Source: Rhina ancylostomus (taxonomy: Eukaryota). Taken from it: a DNA stretch of 64,000 nucleotides. Below the pieces are notes generated by a model, which searched no databases, was not told the origin of the DNA, and worked only from the letters and a program-made list of their open reading frames with translations. Below, in pieces: positions 1-14,150 of the stretch; position 1 is the stretch's first letter; every line of letters starts with the position of its first letter. The stretch covers positions 16,309,206 through 16,373,205 of the forward strand of contig JARFYF010000059.1 of assembly GCA_030265395.1 (NCBI GenBank). Reading direction: 5' to 3'. The position numbers were made by a program, and so were the translations under genes.

Positions 1-1444
1 ATTTTAAACTTTGTTAATATTTCATCTTTCCTCTTTGGTACCTTATCTTTCAAAATCCTGACATTAAAAGCAAAGATCAGGTGGTATGAATAACCTCCTA
101 GTGCACAATATCGACCCCTAGTTTGTTACAATTGAATTGTACAAACGTACCTCGAGCCAAACATGGTAAAAACTAAGCATTCTATGCAAATAACAGGAAA
201 GGAAGTAAATGATATACAAATATTGCTAAAATAGTAATATTAGATTATCAGTTATGTCAAATCTACAACACAGGTAGGCCCTTGGTCTGTAGCACTTTTT
301 TTATTATCCACACCACTTCTTTCCCCCTCCTCCATCCAATTCTATTCTTTCACACATGCTAATACAGAGCGAAAAATTCGATTGGATTTTGAAGTTAATT
401 ACTGACAGTTTTGCACTCATATCTAGGCCGGTAGATTGTTCATGAGACAAGAGAAGCAATTACACTCAAGTCACAAGTAAATTTTCAGTCGTTTGTTTTT
501 CCTCCCTCTGAAATACTGGCTATAAATCTATAACTGCTTCTTACATCACCTGCTAAATCTCCAGATTTGAACTGGAACATGTGAAAATTATCACTGCTCC
601 AGGAACTGCAAACACAGAGTCATTGTGGGCAGAAAGGCCTACCATCTACAGTTGCACTGAAGCATCCAAGATTGTGGTTTTGCATTTGTCTATTTTAGGC
701 AATAGAGCTTGTGGCTTAAAGATATACATTAAAATTCCTAAAATACATCTTATCTGAGAAAAGATTCAAGGTGAAATTCACAAACAGTAAATAGGAGTTT
801 TCATGAGTATACTCACTTTCACATCATTTAGCTGTTGGCCTTGGTTCATTGATAAAACTCAATGTTTGAGGACTGAGGATTCTAATCTGTATCAAGAATT
901 AATCTGATAATCTAATGAGAGGTTAGGGCAGTACTGAGAGACTATTGTATTGTCAGAAGTCCCATCTGCTCATTCAGGTGGAAACAAATGATCCACTCCA
1001 CTATTTGAAGACCAAAGACTTCCACGGGTATCTGACCTACACTCAATCAACATGCCAAGAACAGTTATTTGTTCTTTGTGGGACCTTGCCGTTTCACAGA
1101 TGTGTTAAACTTGGTATTTGGTTTCAAAATACACAATTCATTTTAATGACAATTAAAAGTCACAATCACTGCAACAGCACCCAGCCATTGTATTAAATGG
1201 CAGGACATTTATAACCTATATAAATGTTTTAAATTTATAACCCCAAAATTAGAATAAAGATCAAAAGCACTCTGTTTCTCTTCACTGTGGGTTACAGTGA
1301 TGATCCATGATGTGACTGTACAAATATTAAGTGTCAGACAATTTGGAAAATAGCATTACTGTTGATTTTGTTGTTTACCATCTCAAACATGACATTATCC
1401 ACAACTAAAGATGAAGGAAACAAAGTTCAATGTCACAGTAACAT

Positions 1445-1450
1445 TTTATT
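1445..1450 (-). terminator. Candidate EMC1 polyadenylation signal (AATAAA); an alternative lies at 2106-2111
   Basis: tttatt on + strand about 1.35 kb downstream of the stop codon, in an AT-rich context. Confidence 0.4.
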
Positions 1451-2795
1451 TAATGGTTTCAAAAACAATATCTCAAACATAAATTAATATTTCTATTTAA
1501 CAAATTTCAATGCATTAATTTTTAGGTGTTCAGTACCAATGTTTTTGATGTGGCTGTACTTGGATTTTAGGCAAAGGAGAGAGTAAAACACCTAACTAGG
1601 AGAAGGTCACAACTATCATTCGAACCCTCCCTTTCCTGCAAAACAGTGATGAAACTTGAGCAAATAATTAGAATGTCAGATATTCACAAAGATCTGGCTT
1701 AACTTCTGTTAATTCACTCATCCATTGCACATTTTAAGTTGACTCTAAATGCCTGTCAAGGTCAGATTTTCAGGAGTCAAATATTTAACATCCAAAACAG
1801 TTAAAATCCTCTATTCCTATTGTACACCTTCAAATGTCAAATTTTTCAAGATTTTTTGCTTTTGACACATTTGTTAAGTGGAGATGCACTCACTCAATTC
1901 AAAACTGCCTCACACACCAACTTGGCAATACAATAAAAAAAAATTAACAGTACTGTTGTACTGTTTTCAAATTCTTGCAAGAATCAACCAACAGTCCCAC
2001 ATCAATCACCTCAAATATTATCAACATGCAATTGTAACATTTTTTTCTTATTTTCTCCAGGAAGAGGTAAATGTAACCATGTCACTAAAAGATGCAAGTC
2101 AGTAGTTTATTGTCCAATTTGGGTGTATTGGGGCTGCAGATAATGCTGAAGGGTGGAGGGTGTTGCAGGGGGACAAAAAGCACTTCAGCATCACCTAGTG
2201 GCAGAGCTACAACATGGAAAATCCAGCTCTTTCCAAAACAGTCAATGTCCTGCCTCACAGATGAGAGTTAGACCGAAGGGACATCGTCAGAATGATAAAC
2301 AAAAAGACCAAGGTTTTCTGTCCAATGACTGACAAGGAAGCTAGTGTCCAGCATTCATATTTATAGGGAACCTGAGCTAGAGGCAATATCCATCTTCAAA
2401 TAAAGTATCAACCAGTTCTAAATATGCAGCAAAGGCTAAAGATTTAAAGCAGAGCACCAGGAAACATTCAAATTCAGCTGTCATTAATTGTTACACATTA
2501 CTTTCAAAAGTTCCCCTTTCATCTCCTAGCCATTTTGCAGGAACAAAAATATCTTTCATTTCAAAAAAATTCTGATCAATAGAAACACAAATTAATTTTT
2601 ACAACAATGAAACCAATTTTTGTTAAAATCTGCTCATGAAAGTGTCCATCACTCTGTTTCCAATCAAGAGTGTGTTACCAAAAATATACATAGTATGTAC
2701 ATGGGCGCAAGATCATTTGGGTCCCTATTAATGTTGCACCCATCTTCAGCTCCACTCAACGAGGAGACAACTATTCTCTTCCAATCTGATGACAT

Positions 2796-3002
<207 letters not shown>

Positions 3003-4146
3003 TTAGATCTAGGGTGCCAGTGATTCTCTTCCCACTGTAACAAAGCTCTGGTTGGGCTCAGCCCATCAAGGGAATGGTTGCACTAATGACCTGTCTTCTT
3101 CCAAGGCCTTGATCATGCCTGGAGAAGGAACACACAGTATCTACTTGTATGACTGAGATCTTCCACCATGTCAAAATATAGAATAATCTACTATAATTGT
3201 GCGCTACTGAAATCCTGACTTAGCCAAGTGAATTAACGTTTACAGAACCATGAATGAAGTCTGAAACATTAAAACTCCTTATATTCGAGTGTGGCCAAGT
3301 GATTTCAGCCCAGCAATAAAAATAAACAGATATACATAACACATGGCACAGTCTGAAGACAAACAGTATTTAACATAAAGCTGCCTTTGATGCCAAGTGC
3401 TCACAATATTCTATTTACCTTGTGGATTAAGATAGAGGCTGTTAACAAAAGCAGTCAATAAGAAACTAACAGTGTTACTGATGACCAAGGCAAAAGCAGC
3501 ATTGCAACAGTTAGACAAGTAGCAATGCACATGTACAGATGTTACAAAATGGAGAATAATCACATATTGGGACATGACCACATTCCATTTCTGTGGTCTC
3601 AGACAGAACTGACTAGTTGGGCTTCTGCTTGTTGAGCTAGATACACAAGGTCACTGAAAGGCTATTGTTCTGGCTCAGAATCAGTGAACAAGGTGTCTGT
3701 AAACATGATGAGACAACCCAGAACTATCTATTATCTGTCCATAAGATGGCTAAACTGTCCCCGTTTACCTTATTAGACACCTGGTTGGGTACTATGCAAT
3801 CAATTGTTAATATTATTGGTCTGTAGCAGTTAGGGATGAACTGGAAAAAAAGGTACAATAATAGATGTTTTCCTGTTCTCTGGATTTGGTTGCCCGAGAT
3901 TTTCAGTGGCTCTTCCCACCAGTATATGTACTTTAAAAATAAAACCTTTAGTGCTTGAAACAGATCTGGGTCCCATGTGATTCTTAAATTGTTCATTTCC
4001 ACTAACACACTAAACCCCAGTTTGGCAATCACACCACTAGTCAACAACTACAGCAAACTAGTTCTATGGCTGGCTGCAAAAGAACCAGGCTCATGGGCAT
4101 TAATGGTCATTGCCTATTGACTGAAAGCAGGCATTTACACACTCAC

Positions 4147-4276
4147 AAGGCAGGTGGACTCCAGACCAGATGGAGCCGTGTAAATCCCCCGTACTCTGGA
4201 AACAGATTGATTGTAGTTGATATACCATTCTGATCGGATTGGTAGTTCTGGAGCATAAGGAATCAAATTCTCCTCT
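4147..4276 (-). CDS. EMC1: EMC1 exon 21
   Basis: [43 protein letters not shown]; 130 nt. Confidence 0.96.
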
Positions 4277-4717
4277 CTGAAAGAGACAATAATAAGAGTT
4301 TTTTAAAAAATTGACTTAAACTTCTGGTGCTACAAAGCACCATGTGTTACATTCTGGTGTTACAAAGCTTAAAATAGGAGCACGGGAACAGGGGTAGCCT
4401 CTTGAATCTGTGTGACATCATGCCTGATCTGTGATGTTTCTCCATATCTCTTAATTCATTGGCTAAAAATCTAACTAATATCAATATGCAATCAATATGC
4501 AAAAAAGTTTATCTTTATCCTAACTCCCCCTTAATTGCCTGAAACCATTGCTCATATCTCTGCTGAACCTCCTAAATTCCAGAACATGCAAACTCCCATT
4601 TATGCAATCTCTCAATGTAATTCAGGTAAATCTTACGAGGCCATTATATCAGTTTTTAAATGAGGTTCTACATGTTGTCTAACCAGCACATTTATAGCTA
4701 AAGCACAAGTTCTGTGT

Positions 4718-5410
4718 CCTATAAGACATAGGAGCAGGATTGGGCCATTCAGCCCATCAAGTCTGTTCCACCATTCAATCATGGCTGATTTATTTTCCTT
4801 CTCAACCCCATTCTCCTGCTTTCTCTCCGTAACCTATAAGACCTAGTCTCCTGTCCTTAGGATATAAAAGGCCAACGTTCCATTACTATTTATGATCATT
4901 TTCTTTACCTGTCTATGATCTATGTACCGAGACCTCTCAATTTCTTAGGCCTTCAGTTTTTAAATCATTTACCAAGTATACTATCCTGTTCAGGTCCACA
5001 GAGGATGACCACACACTTGCCAGTTTTGCCATCTATTGATCTGTTATTATCTCTTTGTTAATGCTGCCATCAATGTCATTGATCATATGATCAATGTCAT
5101 ATGAACTAGTGTCTAAGACATGGTGAATAGTTGTGGCTGTTACGTGGATCCTTGACGGATCCCACTGGTAACATCCTACCAATTATTCCTCCTGCCACTC
5201 AACCAATTACCTAGCAACATCAATAAATTGTCTTTAACCCGAGCTTCAACTTTAGCAAACTTTCTCTTATGAGGATATTGTCAAATGCTTTCTGGACATA
5301 CAGATAAACAACAGCCATGAATATTCTCCTTCATCAACCTTCAAAAAATTCTTTTGATGTGACCCATCTTCACAAATCTATGCTGGGTCTCCCTGATCAA
5401 CTGAACGTTT
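4718..5410 (-). mobile_element. CR1 LINE fragments
   Basis: ataagacataggagcaggattgggccattcagcccatcaag tail plus decayed RT sequence. Confidence 0.6.
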
Positions 5411-5591
5411 TCAAACTGTAAAGTCGTTCTATCCTTAATTATATAAACTGATAAATACAAAGCCAGGTGGATCAACTAAATTCTGTTCCACATTCACCAA
5501 ATATACACCAACGGATACACCTACTCAATATTGGTTCTACTCACCTACAGATCACAATTCCTGTACCAAACATGGGAGCACATCAACTTAC

Positions 5592-5676
5592 CGGCTTTGC
5601 TCAGATGGAACTTCTGGGCGTCGAGGATCCAGAAATGCTTTTGGTAAAGAAAGAACTCCTCCAGAATGCAATGCAA
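5592..5676 (-). CDS. EMC1: EMC1 exon 20
   Basis: [27 protein letters not shown]; 85 nt. Confidence 0.95.
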
Positions 5677-6458
5677 CTGCCAGATAGAAAAGTACCTATT
5701 AGAATCAAAGATTAATTGGGGAACACAACAAGTCAGTCCAACTCCATCATTTCCTGGTAATATAGAATGGTAGAATCCTATTACAATGGTAGATTCATCC
5801 AGCCTATCATACCAATGCTAGATCTCTGAAACATCTATCCTTTTACCACAACCCTTTTAACATTTTCCCTCTCAAGCATTTATCCACTCTTAAAAGTTTG
5901 AATGGTTTTCACTTTTTAAATTTCTGTTGAAGCAATTCATTTTCTGGTATCCAGTGCAAATAAAAGCAATTCTAAACTCTCCCCTGGTTTTCTTCAATAA
6001 TCTATTGAATGTCTTCTAAATCTAGCAATGCAATTGGTTTAGCCTACTTGCTTTATCAAACCTTTCATAACTTTTTAAACTCCTCTACACATCTGTCAGG
6101 TTCTTATTTCTCCCTGTAATAAAAGTTGATCAATCTTGGGATCATCTCCACAAATCACTTCTGCACCTGCTTCTTGGCTTTGACATCACAATATTCTAAC
6201 TGCAGCAAACAAACCATTAGTAATATACAGAAACTTAAGAAATTCAGGAATTCAAAGCCAGCACACAATAAATCAATAATCATTTAGCTCATGGAATGCC
6301 TGGCTTTTTAATCCACACAAGGGAAAAAAAATCAAACATTCAGCAGAACATACATCACAGTAACTGGGCCTGTTTTACAATAGGTCCTGACAGCTCGGAA
6401 CAGAAAGACCCCACTCACCATCTCCCTATTATATGCCTAGGAAAGATCTACTACTTAC

Positions 6459-6669
6459 TCAGCAGATGGCGGCTAGTGATCCCTTTCTCTGTGATTGTGG
6501 ATTCCACCAGACTGATGGCGGATGGAAATATATAGGACTGCTGAAAGATGATGGGTGAGAGAGGACGGTCAAGCGAGCTGAATGCTGTGCTGTTGTATTG
6601 TTCTGTTCCCTCATATAGTTCCAAAACAGTCATCTCATTCCTCCGGGATTTTGTGTTCCAGTACTTGTA
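6459..6669 (-). CDS. EMC1: EMC1 exon 19
   Basis: [21 protein letters not shown]...QQSYIFP...[11 protein letters not shown]; 211 nt. Confidence 0.96.
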
Positions 6670-7429
6670 CTGGCAAAGGAACAGCAGACAACAGAGTTAG
6701 CAATGAGTCATACATTGTAAACCCAATCTAGACAGTATCAAGTAACTAATTAGATTAAACTGCAGCAAAGGAACAGTAGACAAGAACAAGCTGTTCAAGA
6801 AAAGCAACTGAACAGCTGGTGAGATAATGGGAATGGAGATGGAGCACCCAACGTAGTGGTCATTTCAAAATTAAGTCTTGAGTCCACTGATGGTAGAAAA
6901 AAAAATTACACTCACAGCTGAGACTTAGATGCAGCTCATACGCAAATCAGATGTGGAAACTTAATGCACTAATAAGTGTTGCATTTCATTAACATTTGGT
7001 TTACTTGAAATTCAAAACTTGTATATAGAATCAAAAGTTTAAAAATGTACAACAGTGTTTAATTCCAGATCCAGATGTTCAAAATCCTCATTCAGCTTTT
7101 TGTCTACTTTCAATCACTGTCTAGAAATTCTCATCGGAAACATGCTCAGCTGGATCTCAGTTGAAGCCTGGATCAAACTCACTTGTAAAGCCCACTGCAG
7201 CCAACTTGCACACCAATGTGAAATTTTATGCTTCTGCAGCATACTTCACATAGAGAAATATTTCTATACACATACAGTAGGAGGAAACCACAGACCATTA
7301 AAAAGGAGGAAGATGAAGGAACAATTAAGCAATATTTACAGAGTGAGATTTGAATGGCTAAAACAGGCACATTGTGGAAGATGAACAGACATCACTATTT
7401 CCCCAATTTACTATATTCTCCATCCTTAC

Positions 7430-7603
7430 CACCACCCAGTTCTCTGAATGCACAACATTAACGGGTCCCCTTGCTTTCCGCTGCACCGACTCGTGAATGA
7501 TTCGTCCAGTCACCCCGTCAATAAGGTAGACACAAATGAAGGTGCGTTCATGGTGTGTATCTGTGCTCTCAGTCACCACTGCCAACAAATTAGGATTCAG
7601 ATA
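7430..7603 (-). CDS. EMC1: EMC1 exon 18
   Basis: [23 protein letters not shown]...[11 protein letters not shown]...VHSENWVV; 174 nt. Confidence 0.96.
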
Positions 7604-8331
7604 CTGGAAAACAAGACTCAGACATAAGGGAACACAGAAAATAATCTGACAGCTGGTAAATAAATCATGAAATTAGGCAACTATAAACACCACAAAATAG
7701 TTACAATTCATGACCACAGAATCTTGTTATAATCATCTCACATTCTCATCAGAGATTGGTCAACACATCAGTTGTAAAACAAGGGATTATCTGTTGAAGT
7801 TTCTTAGAGTATGAACAGTGAGCCACGGCTGTACCATGTTTGATTGATGAATTGAACAGCGAACAGTAAATGAGAATGAATTTCAACTATCTGGAGAATC
7901 ATACAATGCAACAAGAGCAACTGCTGTGCATTGCCACAGTTAAAGGATCCTACCCCATTTTGTTCATTCATTGTTCTGTATTGTTTTCTATTTTGCAATG
8001 CCAGTCTATTTTTATCTTTGTTTTACTATCTAGGGATACCAGAGTGCAGTTCAGAAAGATCCCAGATTTTCAATATAGCCAGTGTTCTACATTTTAACAA
8101 GAGAGAGATTGAGAAAACAACTTGGACTAAATTGTAGGCTGAGAGCCATGGTGCATTTTTCCCACATACACTAAAGACAAGTGCATGCCATGGGCACATT
8201 CAAGTACTGCCTTCTATTCAAATTAAAATGGACTGACTTTTAATTCTATACAACTTCTAAAATGGCATCAACACACCTAAAGCTATAATACGAGGAAAGT
8301 TAAAAAAAAGTGGTGTCTCTGTTGCCAGTAC

Positions 8332-8469
8332 CTTATAAAGGACACTCCGATCTCCCATGACCCGGCCTTGAGAGTGTACATGCTCATTCGACCGCTTTCC
8401 CTTCACAATCACTATCTTTTGTGTGTCTGTTGGAATCACCACTTCCCAAATTTCTTGCGTTCCAAGATC
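8332..8469 (-). CDS. EMC1: EMC1 exon 17
   Basis: [13 protein letters not shown]...[24 protein letters not shown]; 138 nt. Confidence 0.96.
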
Positions 8470-9091
8470 CTGCAAGGAAAGGAAGTGAATTGAATGATAA
8501 TTAAACCACTCTGGTAGAAAATCAAACTTCATTTCAACAGGACTAATTAGACAGAAGTTTAAAAAAAGTAAAATTGACCATGAAACTGCTATTAATTGTT
8601 GCAACAAACAACTAATTCACATTTGCCCTTTTGAAAAGAAAACATCTCAACCTTACCTGGTCTGGAATATGGAACACAGTACAGTACTGCACAGGCCCTT
8701 CGGCCCATGATGTCTGTGCCAACTAGGATGTCAAATTAAACTAGTTCCATCTGCCTGTGCATATACAGAACAAATATATGCAATTCCAATCCCACACCAA
8801 CTTGGTTACTCTTAAACCTTTCCTGAAATAACCTAGTGAGCCTCCTAGTTATGCCAGACTGTTTCTCACATGCCAAGAATGAATTTTTAAACAACTAAAT
8901 TAGACTATTATGTCAATTTCCTATATCATCTACTGCACTAACTGTCTTCATACACACTTACAGAAAACAGAAACGTGTTACATCCTGTTATGTATCCATT
9001 GTCCTGGATCCCAGAGGGCAGTATACTTGAGGGTAAGCTATTACAGACACTTCAGTTTGGTTAAAAACAGGTTTAAAACTGATTACACTAC

Positions 9092-9211
9092 CTTATGTAA
9101 ACTGTATCCATTCAACTTTCCCCAAACAGGGTCCACCAAATAGAAAAAAACTACAGGGGCAGAGTTCTGTAGTTGCTGCAGGATATTTCTGCTTGAGGGA
9201 AAAACCGTTAC
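9092..9211 (-). CDS. EMC1: EMC1 exon 16
   Basis: VTVFPSSRNILQQLQNSAPVVFFYLVDPVWGKLNGYSLHK; 120 nt. Confidence 0.95.
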
Positions 9212-9976
9212 CTGCCAAGGAGATAAAATACAGAAAACTGAGTCACCTTTCTCTGTTTTACAGTGAGACAATATTCAGCACTCAGCTGGAATAGACNNNN
9301 NNNNNNGAGGGAGTCTAGAAGGCTGCAACATTCCCAGATGGAAGATGAGATGAGATGTTGGTTCTTAAGTATAATTTCAGATTCAGTGGAAAAGCTTGAG
9401 AGACGATTGACAGATAGGTCCGAGTTAGAGTGAGATGGAGAATTGAAATGTCAGACAACTGGAAGCTCAGTCATCCCAGTAGACTAAATAAAGACACTAT
9501 GCAAAGCAGTCACCCACTCTCATTTTGGTTTCTACCGAGCTAATGGCTTCATCAACAGTTCATCATCACAGCAACCCTGGCATCACCAATCCATCCCTTG
9601 CCCACACTCACTGCAACTTAAAACTGACTTGTTCTCTCTCCCAGTCCTAGCAAAGGGTCATTGACCTGAAACATTAACTCTGTTTCTCTTTCCACAGATG
9701 CTGAGTTTTTAAGCATTTTCTGTTTTGGTTTCAGATTTCCAGCATCTGCTTTTTTTTAAATTATTTTCAACATCCTATAACCATTGTGCCACTAAGCCTG
9801 GTTAACAATATTATTTTGTTCTGAATTACTACATTAAAAATAGCTGTCTCATGAGATCAGTTAGGCCAACAATTTAATATCCTGAAATACATCATAATCA
9901 GCACTAATTATTCATGATAGAAGGAAGAAGATCAGCCCAATTAACCCACTATCACAATCATGAGATTTGGCATTAC

Positions 9977-10138
9977 CTTATGCTCATCATCAATTAGGAG
10001 CAGAACTTTAGCATAATCTTGGTCCACAATTGGAAGCAGCAAAGACTGAAGAATAGGGCGGGTCAAAGCAGGAGGATTGATGTGACTCCGCTTTCCAAAG
10101 ATTGGATTGAAAACATGAAGAGAACTTAATCCAGTTTC
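9977..10138 (-). CDS. EMC1: EMC1 exon 15
   Basis: [16 protein letters not shown]...[28 protein letters not shown]; 162 nt. Confidence 0.96.
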
Positions 10139-11254
10139 CTGATTGAAGAGACAGAAAAGAAAATGGGAAAAGGGATAACATTTTAATCAATGTAAAAATA
10201 CAATACGCCATGTTTTTAATTAAATTCTGTATAGAAAAGTAAGAACATCATAAGTAATGAATGGTTCAAGAATGTGGCTTAGACAGATGTAAAATTGACT
10301 AGTTAAGCCACATTTTACAGAAGCAATATAAAACGAAGAAATAGGAGACCTTAGGGAAGATCTCCAAAGATTAAATAGGTGGTTTTTTTAACCACTACCA
10401 ACAAGGCAGTTCTGATCATTTCCACATAACGCTTCCCACCCATGTTCTTCTTCCCTCTCTCAAATCCATTTCTTTCAGTAAATGCTCCAGACAAAAAAAA
10501 TTTAGAGACCTAATACCATACTTTTAAATTCCAAATGATCTAGCCATTGACCCATAATTCATCACAAATATTTTCAGCTCTGATCTGATAACTTACATCT
10601 TTTCTATCATTGCACCAACTTTGTCTCCTCTTTCAATCTAGTCACTCCTCCTGCATACCCTTCCTTTCTTCACATTCTCTTGGGACTGAGGATTGCAGAT
10701 CTGAATATCATCTACAGATTGGTTCAGCCATCCATTCTCAGATTTGGCTGAACCACAAGATATTTTTGGGTCCATTTCTAAAGCTGATCACTATTTGAAG
10801 AACAAAGGAACGTAGAATAACCTGCTCTTTCTTCACCATAAAACATCCTCCTCTGCCTCCTCCACCTTCGCTTCCAAAAGATTAAGGAGCTAAAAGACTA
10901 TGTCACAAGGTCCAGTGTCATACATTTAGTTCCCTTTACCAATTGTCTCCCTTTGTTTAGTCCAAATCTCCCCAATGGTTCTCTGCTGTTCTGGCTCTGA
11001 ATTTGAATATTTTTACATTGCATCCCATTTTTGCTTTACGTTTTCCAAGCATATTCTCCAGGAGGCCAATCTGCTGCAATTTTAGTCTTATTCCATCCAA
11101 AGTTCTCATCACCCAACATTTTTTCCTGGCATCTTTGTTTGCTCAAGTTTTTGATTCTCTCTCAGGCACTCTCCACAAATTCCCTTTCAAATCTTCTCTT
11201 AACCTACTCCTCCAAAAAAAACTATTCTTCACCCATCTATCATGCATCTCCAAC

Positions 11255-11412
11255 ATTTAACAGGTATCTGGATAGGCACTTGAACGAGCAAGGCTGGGAG
11301 GGATATGGAATTAATAGAGGCAAGTGGGATTAGGATAGGTGGGCACAATGGTCATCATAAACACAATAGGCCAAAGGGCCTGTTTCTGTGCCCTACAACT
11401 CTATCACTCTGT
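11255..11412 (+). mobile_element. CR1/HER1 3' tail
   Basis: ggataggcacttgaacg...ggccaaagggcctgtttctgtgc. Confidence 0.7.
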
Positions 11413-11658
11413 AACATTAATTCCAAACACAGAACAACACAAGCACCAAGATATTTTCTCCCTCGTGGCTCAAAATCCCCTTAGAAAGTCATCATGTCCA
11501 GTAATAATTATTGTGAATATTCTTAGTACCCAAACTGAAAAACTGCAAGTGGGCACACTAGTTATGACATTATTGAAATTGAAAGTACCTTCTAATGATA
11601 AAGCTTAGTCAATATAAACGCTCCATTAAACGCTGGAAGACACACAATATATTCTGAC

Positions 11659-11808
11659 CTTATCCTTAACAATTAGGGTGCATTGTGGTGGGTGAGGAAA
11701 GTGAGCTGTTGTTCGTTGTACTGCCAGTTTGAAAGAGGATCCTGGTTTCACATTCTCAAAATACTGCTTCCACAAAATGGTTCCTGAGCTACTGTCAATC
11801 CCAAAGAG
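11659..11808 (-). CDS. EMC1: EMC1 exon 14
   Basis: [16 protein letters not shown]...[20 protein letters not shown]; 150 nt. Confidence 0.96.
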
Positions 11809-12907
11809 CTGAAATTTTAAAAAAATAGACCATGTCAGGGCAAAAGCACATTCAAGATTCAACTCTGTAAATGTCATACTATTAAATGAAGTGAATATAT
11901 AAATGCTTGTAAACACACAATAGTCTAGAACTGATACACACCCAAAGTTTTGCTCATTAACCAAATACATGTATGTCCTAAGTCAACAGAAATCAAAGCA
12001 TTTACTCTTCTAACAGAAGGATGGTACATTGGCATGGGGAACAAAAGGAGAGCAAATACTGTGCAGGCTTGAAGTTCAAGCAAATAGCAAATCAATTTAA
12101 AATTTTCATCTATCAATAAATTTTCTTCTGTCCTCACTCATATATTGTTGTGATGTTTTTCCAATCCGGCCTGACTCTCTCACTAGACTTTCTCTGAAAA
12201 CCCAACAATAATACCCAGTGGTCGCTAATCTTGCCCCATCTTCCATTTAAAAAAAAAATCACAAATGGATGGTCAAAGTCATCTTCAGATCCTGTAACCC
12301 AGACGCTGGCTAATGAATGAGAAAAAGACACAGAAACAATGAGACATAATGGTCCCCGTGTCACCACACCTAACATATTGTGGTAAGAATGGTTTAAACT
12401 GTTACAAGACTCTCCTAGTCTCCTTGTCTAAAGGAAACAGAGACACAGAATCAGCACATGGAAAATAATCTGGAATGGAATACATGAAGGGAAAAGTCAG
12501 ATCAGTTTTTAAAAGTGAAAGGTGTGCAACAGCATGTAACAACAAACAATCAAATAAAGTCCAATAACAGGTGAACGAAGTTGTATGAAGCATGAAGTAA
12601 CTTTGGTGCATCAAATCTAAGCAGTCTTGTTTCCAAGATGCAGGGTAGGCACTGAAGACTGAAATCTATTTTTACATTGCATCTCATTTTTGCTTTGCAT
12701 TTTCCAAGAATGGCGGATGGATTTAATTCTCTTGGTTTGTTTCCTCCTGTGTTGACCCGTACTTCAGCAAATTGTCCATGAGCCAACATTTACTACTTTA
12801 AGTACACACAGGCACCTGGATGAGAGACTAGAAGTGACTAGTCTGTACAGAAATCTAATCTAGCAAAATGTTATATGGGCAGAAGACAACTTGCCAGCAA
12901 CTGTTAC

Positions 12908-13107
12908 CTTTCCAGATGCTGTCACCATCACCATCATCTTCTGCAGATTAAACTCATCTCGGGCCAGGTTTTCAATAGTTATTTCATTCTTTGAATGATT
13001 TCGAGGTTTGCGTGCATCATAGAACATTTTGATGAGCTGGTAGCTCCATGCTTGTAGCAGAATCAGCTGGGAGGACAGTCGCTTCATAAACATTCCCATG
13101 GGACCAT
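12908..13107 (-). CDS. EMC1: EMC1 exon 13
   Basis: [20 protein letters not shown]...[20 protein letters not shown]; 200 nt. Confidence 0.96.
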
Positions 13108-13324
13108 CTGCCAGAATAAACAAACAATCAGAAATTGTACGATAACAGATTCATGCACATAAAATACCATATGCGCACTGGAACATAGATGTAAAACCAA
13201 TGGTTAATATCTCAAGTGTTGTGCATTTAGATTCAATCTGTACATATGTAGAGAGCTCTTCCCCTAATGATCAATTGATCTAGCATGCATTTCTTGATGC
13301 TCTGATCACAGCAACATAGCAAAC

Positions 13325-14150
13325 AGCAGCAGGATTTGGTCATTCAGCCTCTCAAGCTAACTCCCACATTCACAATGATCATAGCCGGTCACCCAATTTC
13401 AGTTCTCTGTTTATGCATTCTCCGCAAATCCCATTAGCCCCAAGCACTATACCCAACTCCTTCTTGCATACATATAATGATTTGACTTCAACTGCTTTCT
13501 GTGGTGGAGAATTCCACAGGTTCACCACTCTCTGGGTGAAGAAATTTCTCCTCATCTCAGTCCTCCCCTTTATCTTTAGGCTGTGATGCCTGATCCTAGA
13601 CACCCCCTTCATGGGGAACATCCTACCTGGTCTGTCCAGTTAAAAGCTGAATTCTACAAGCTTAATTCTCATTCTACTATACTACAGCAAATACAAGTCT
13701 AATCTCTCTTCACAATCATGCTATCCCAGGAATCAGTCTGATGAACCTTTACTGCACTCTCGCCAAAGTACAAATATCTGTCCTCAGATAAGGAGGCAAA
13801 AACTCCATGCAATACTCAAGGTCTGGTCTCAAAGCTTTATACAACGCTCCTGCTCCCATACTCAAAGGCCAACATACTACTTTCCTTCTTAACCACCTGC
13901 AGCATCTGCATGTTTGCCCTCATTGGCCAATCATTAAATCTCCCACTCTCCTGACCTATTGGTGTCCAGACAATAATCTGCTTTCCTGTTTGTCACCAAA
14001 GTGGATAACTTCATATTTATCCATCCATCTCAATAATTTCCACTCCCACATCATGAATTAGCGTGCAAAATTAAAGTAGGTGGGAACTTATCAAAAGCTT
14101 TCTAAAACTTCAAATGCACTACATCCATTGGTTCTCCCACCTCTATTCTG
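13325..14150 (-). mobile_element. CR1 LINE, 3' fragment
   Basis: SRIRHHSLKIKG...RRNFFTQRVVNLWNSPPQKAVE. Confidence 0.8.
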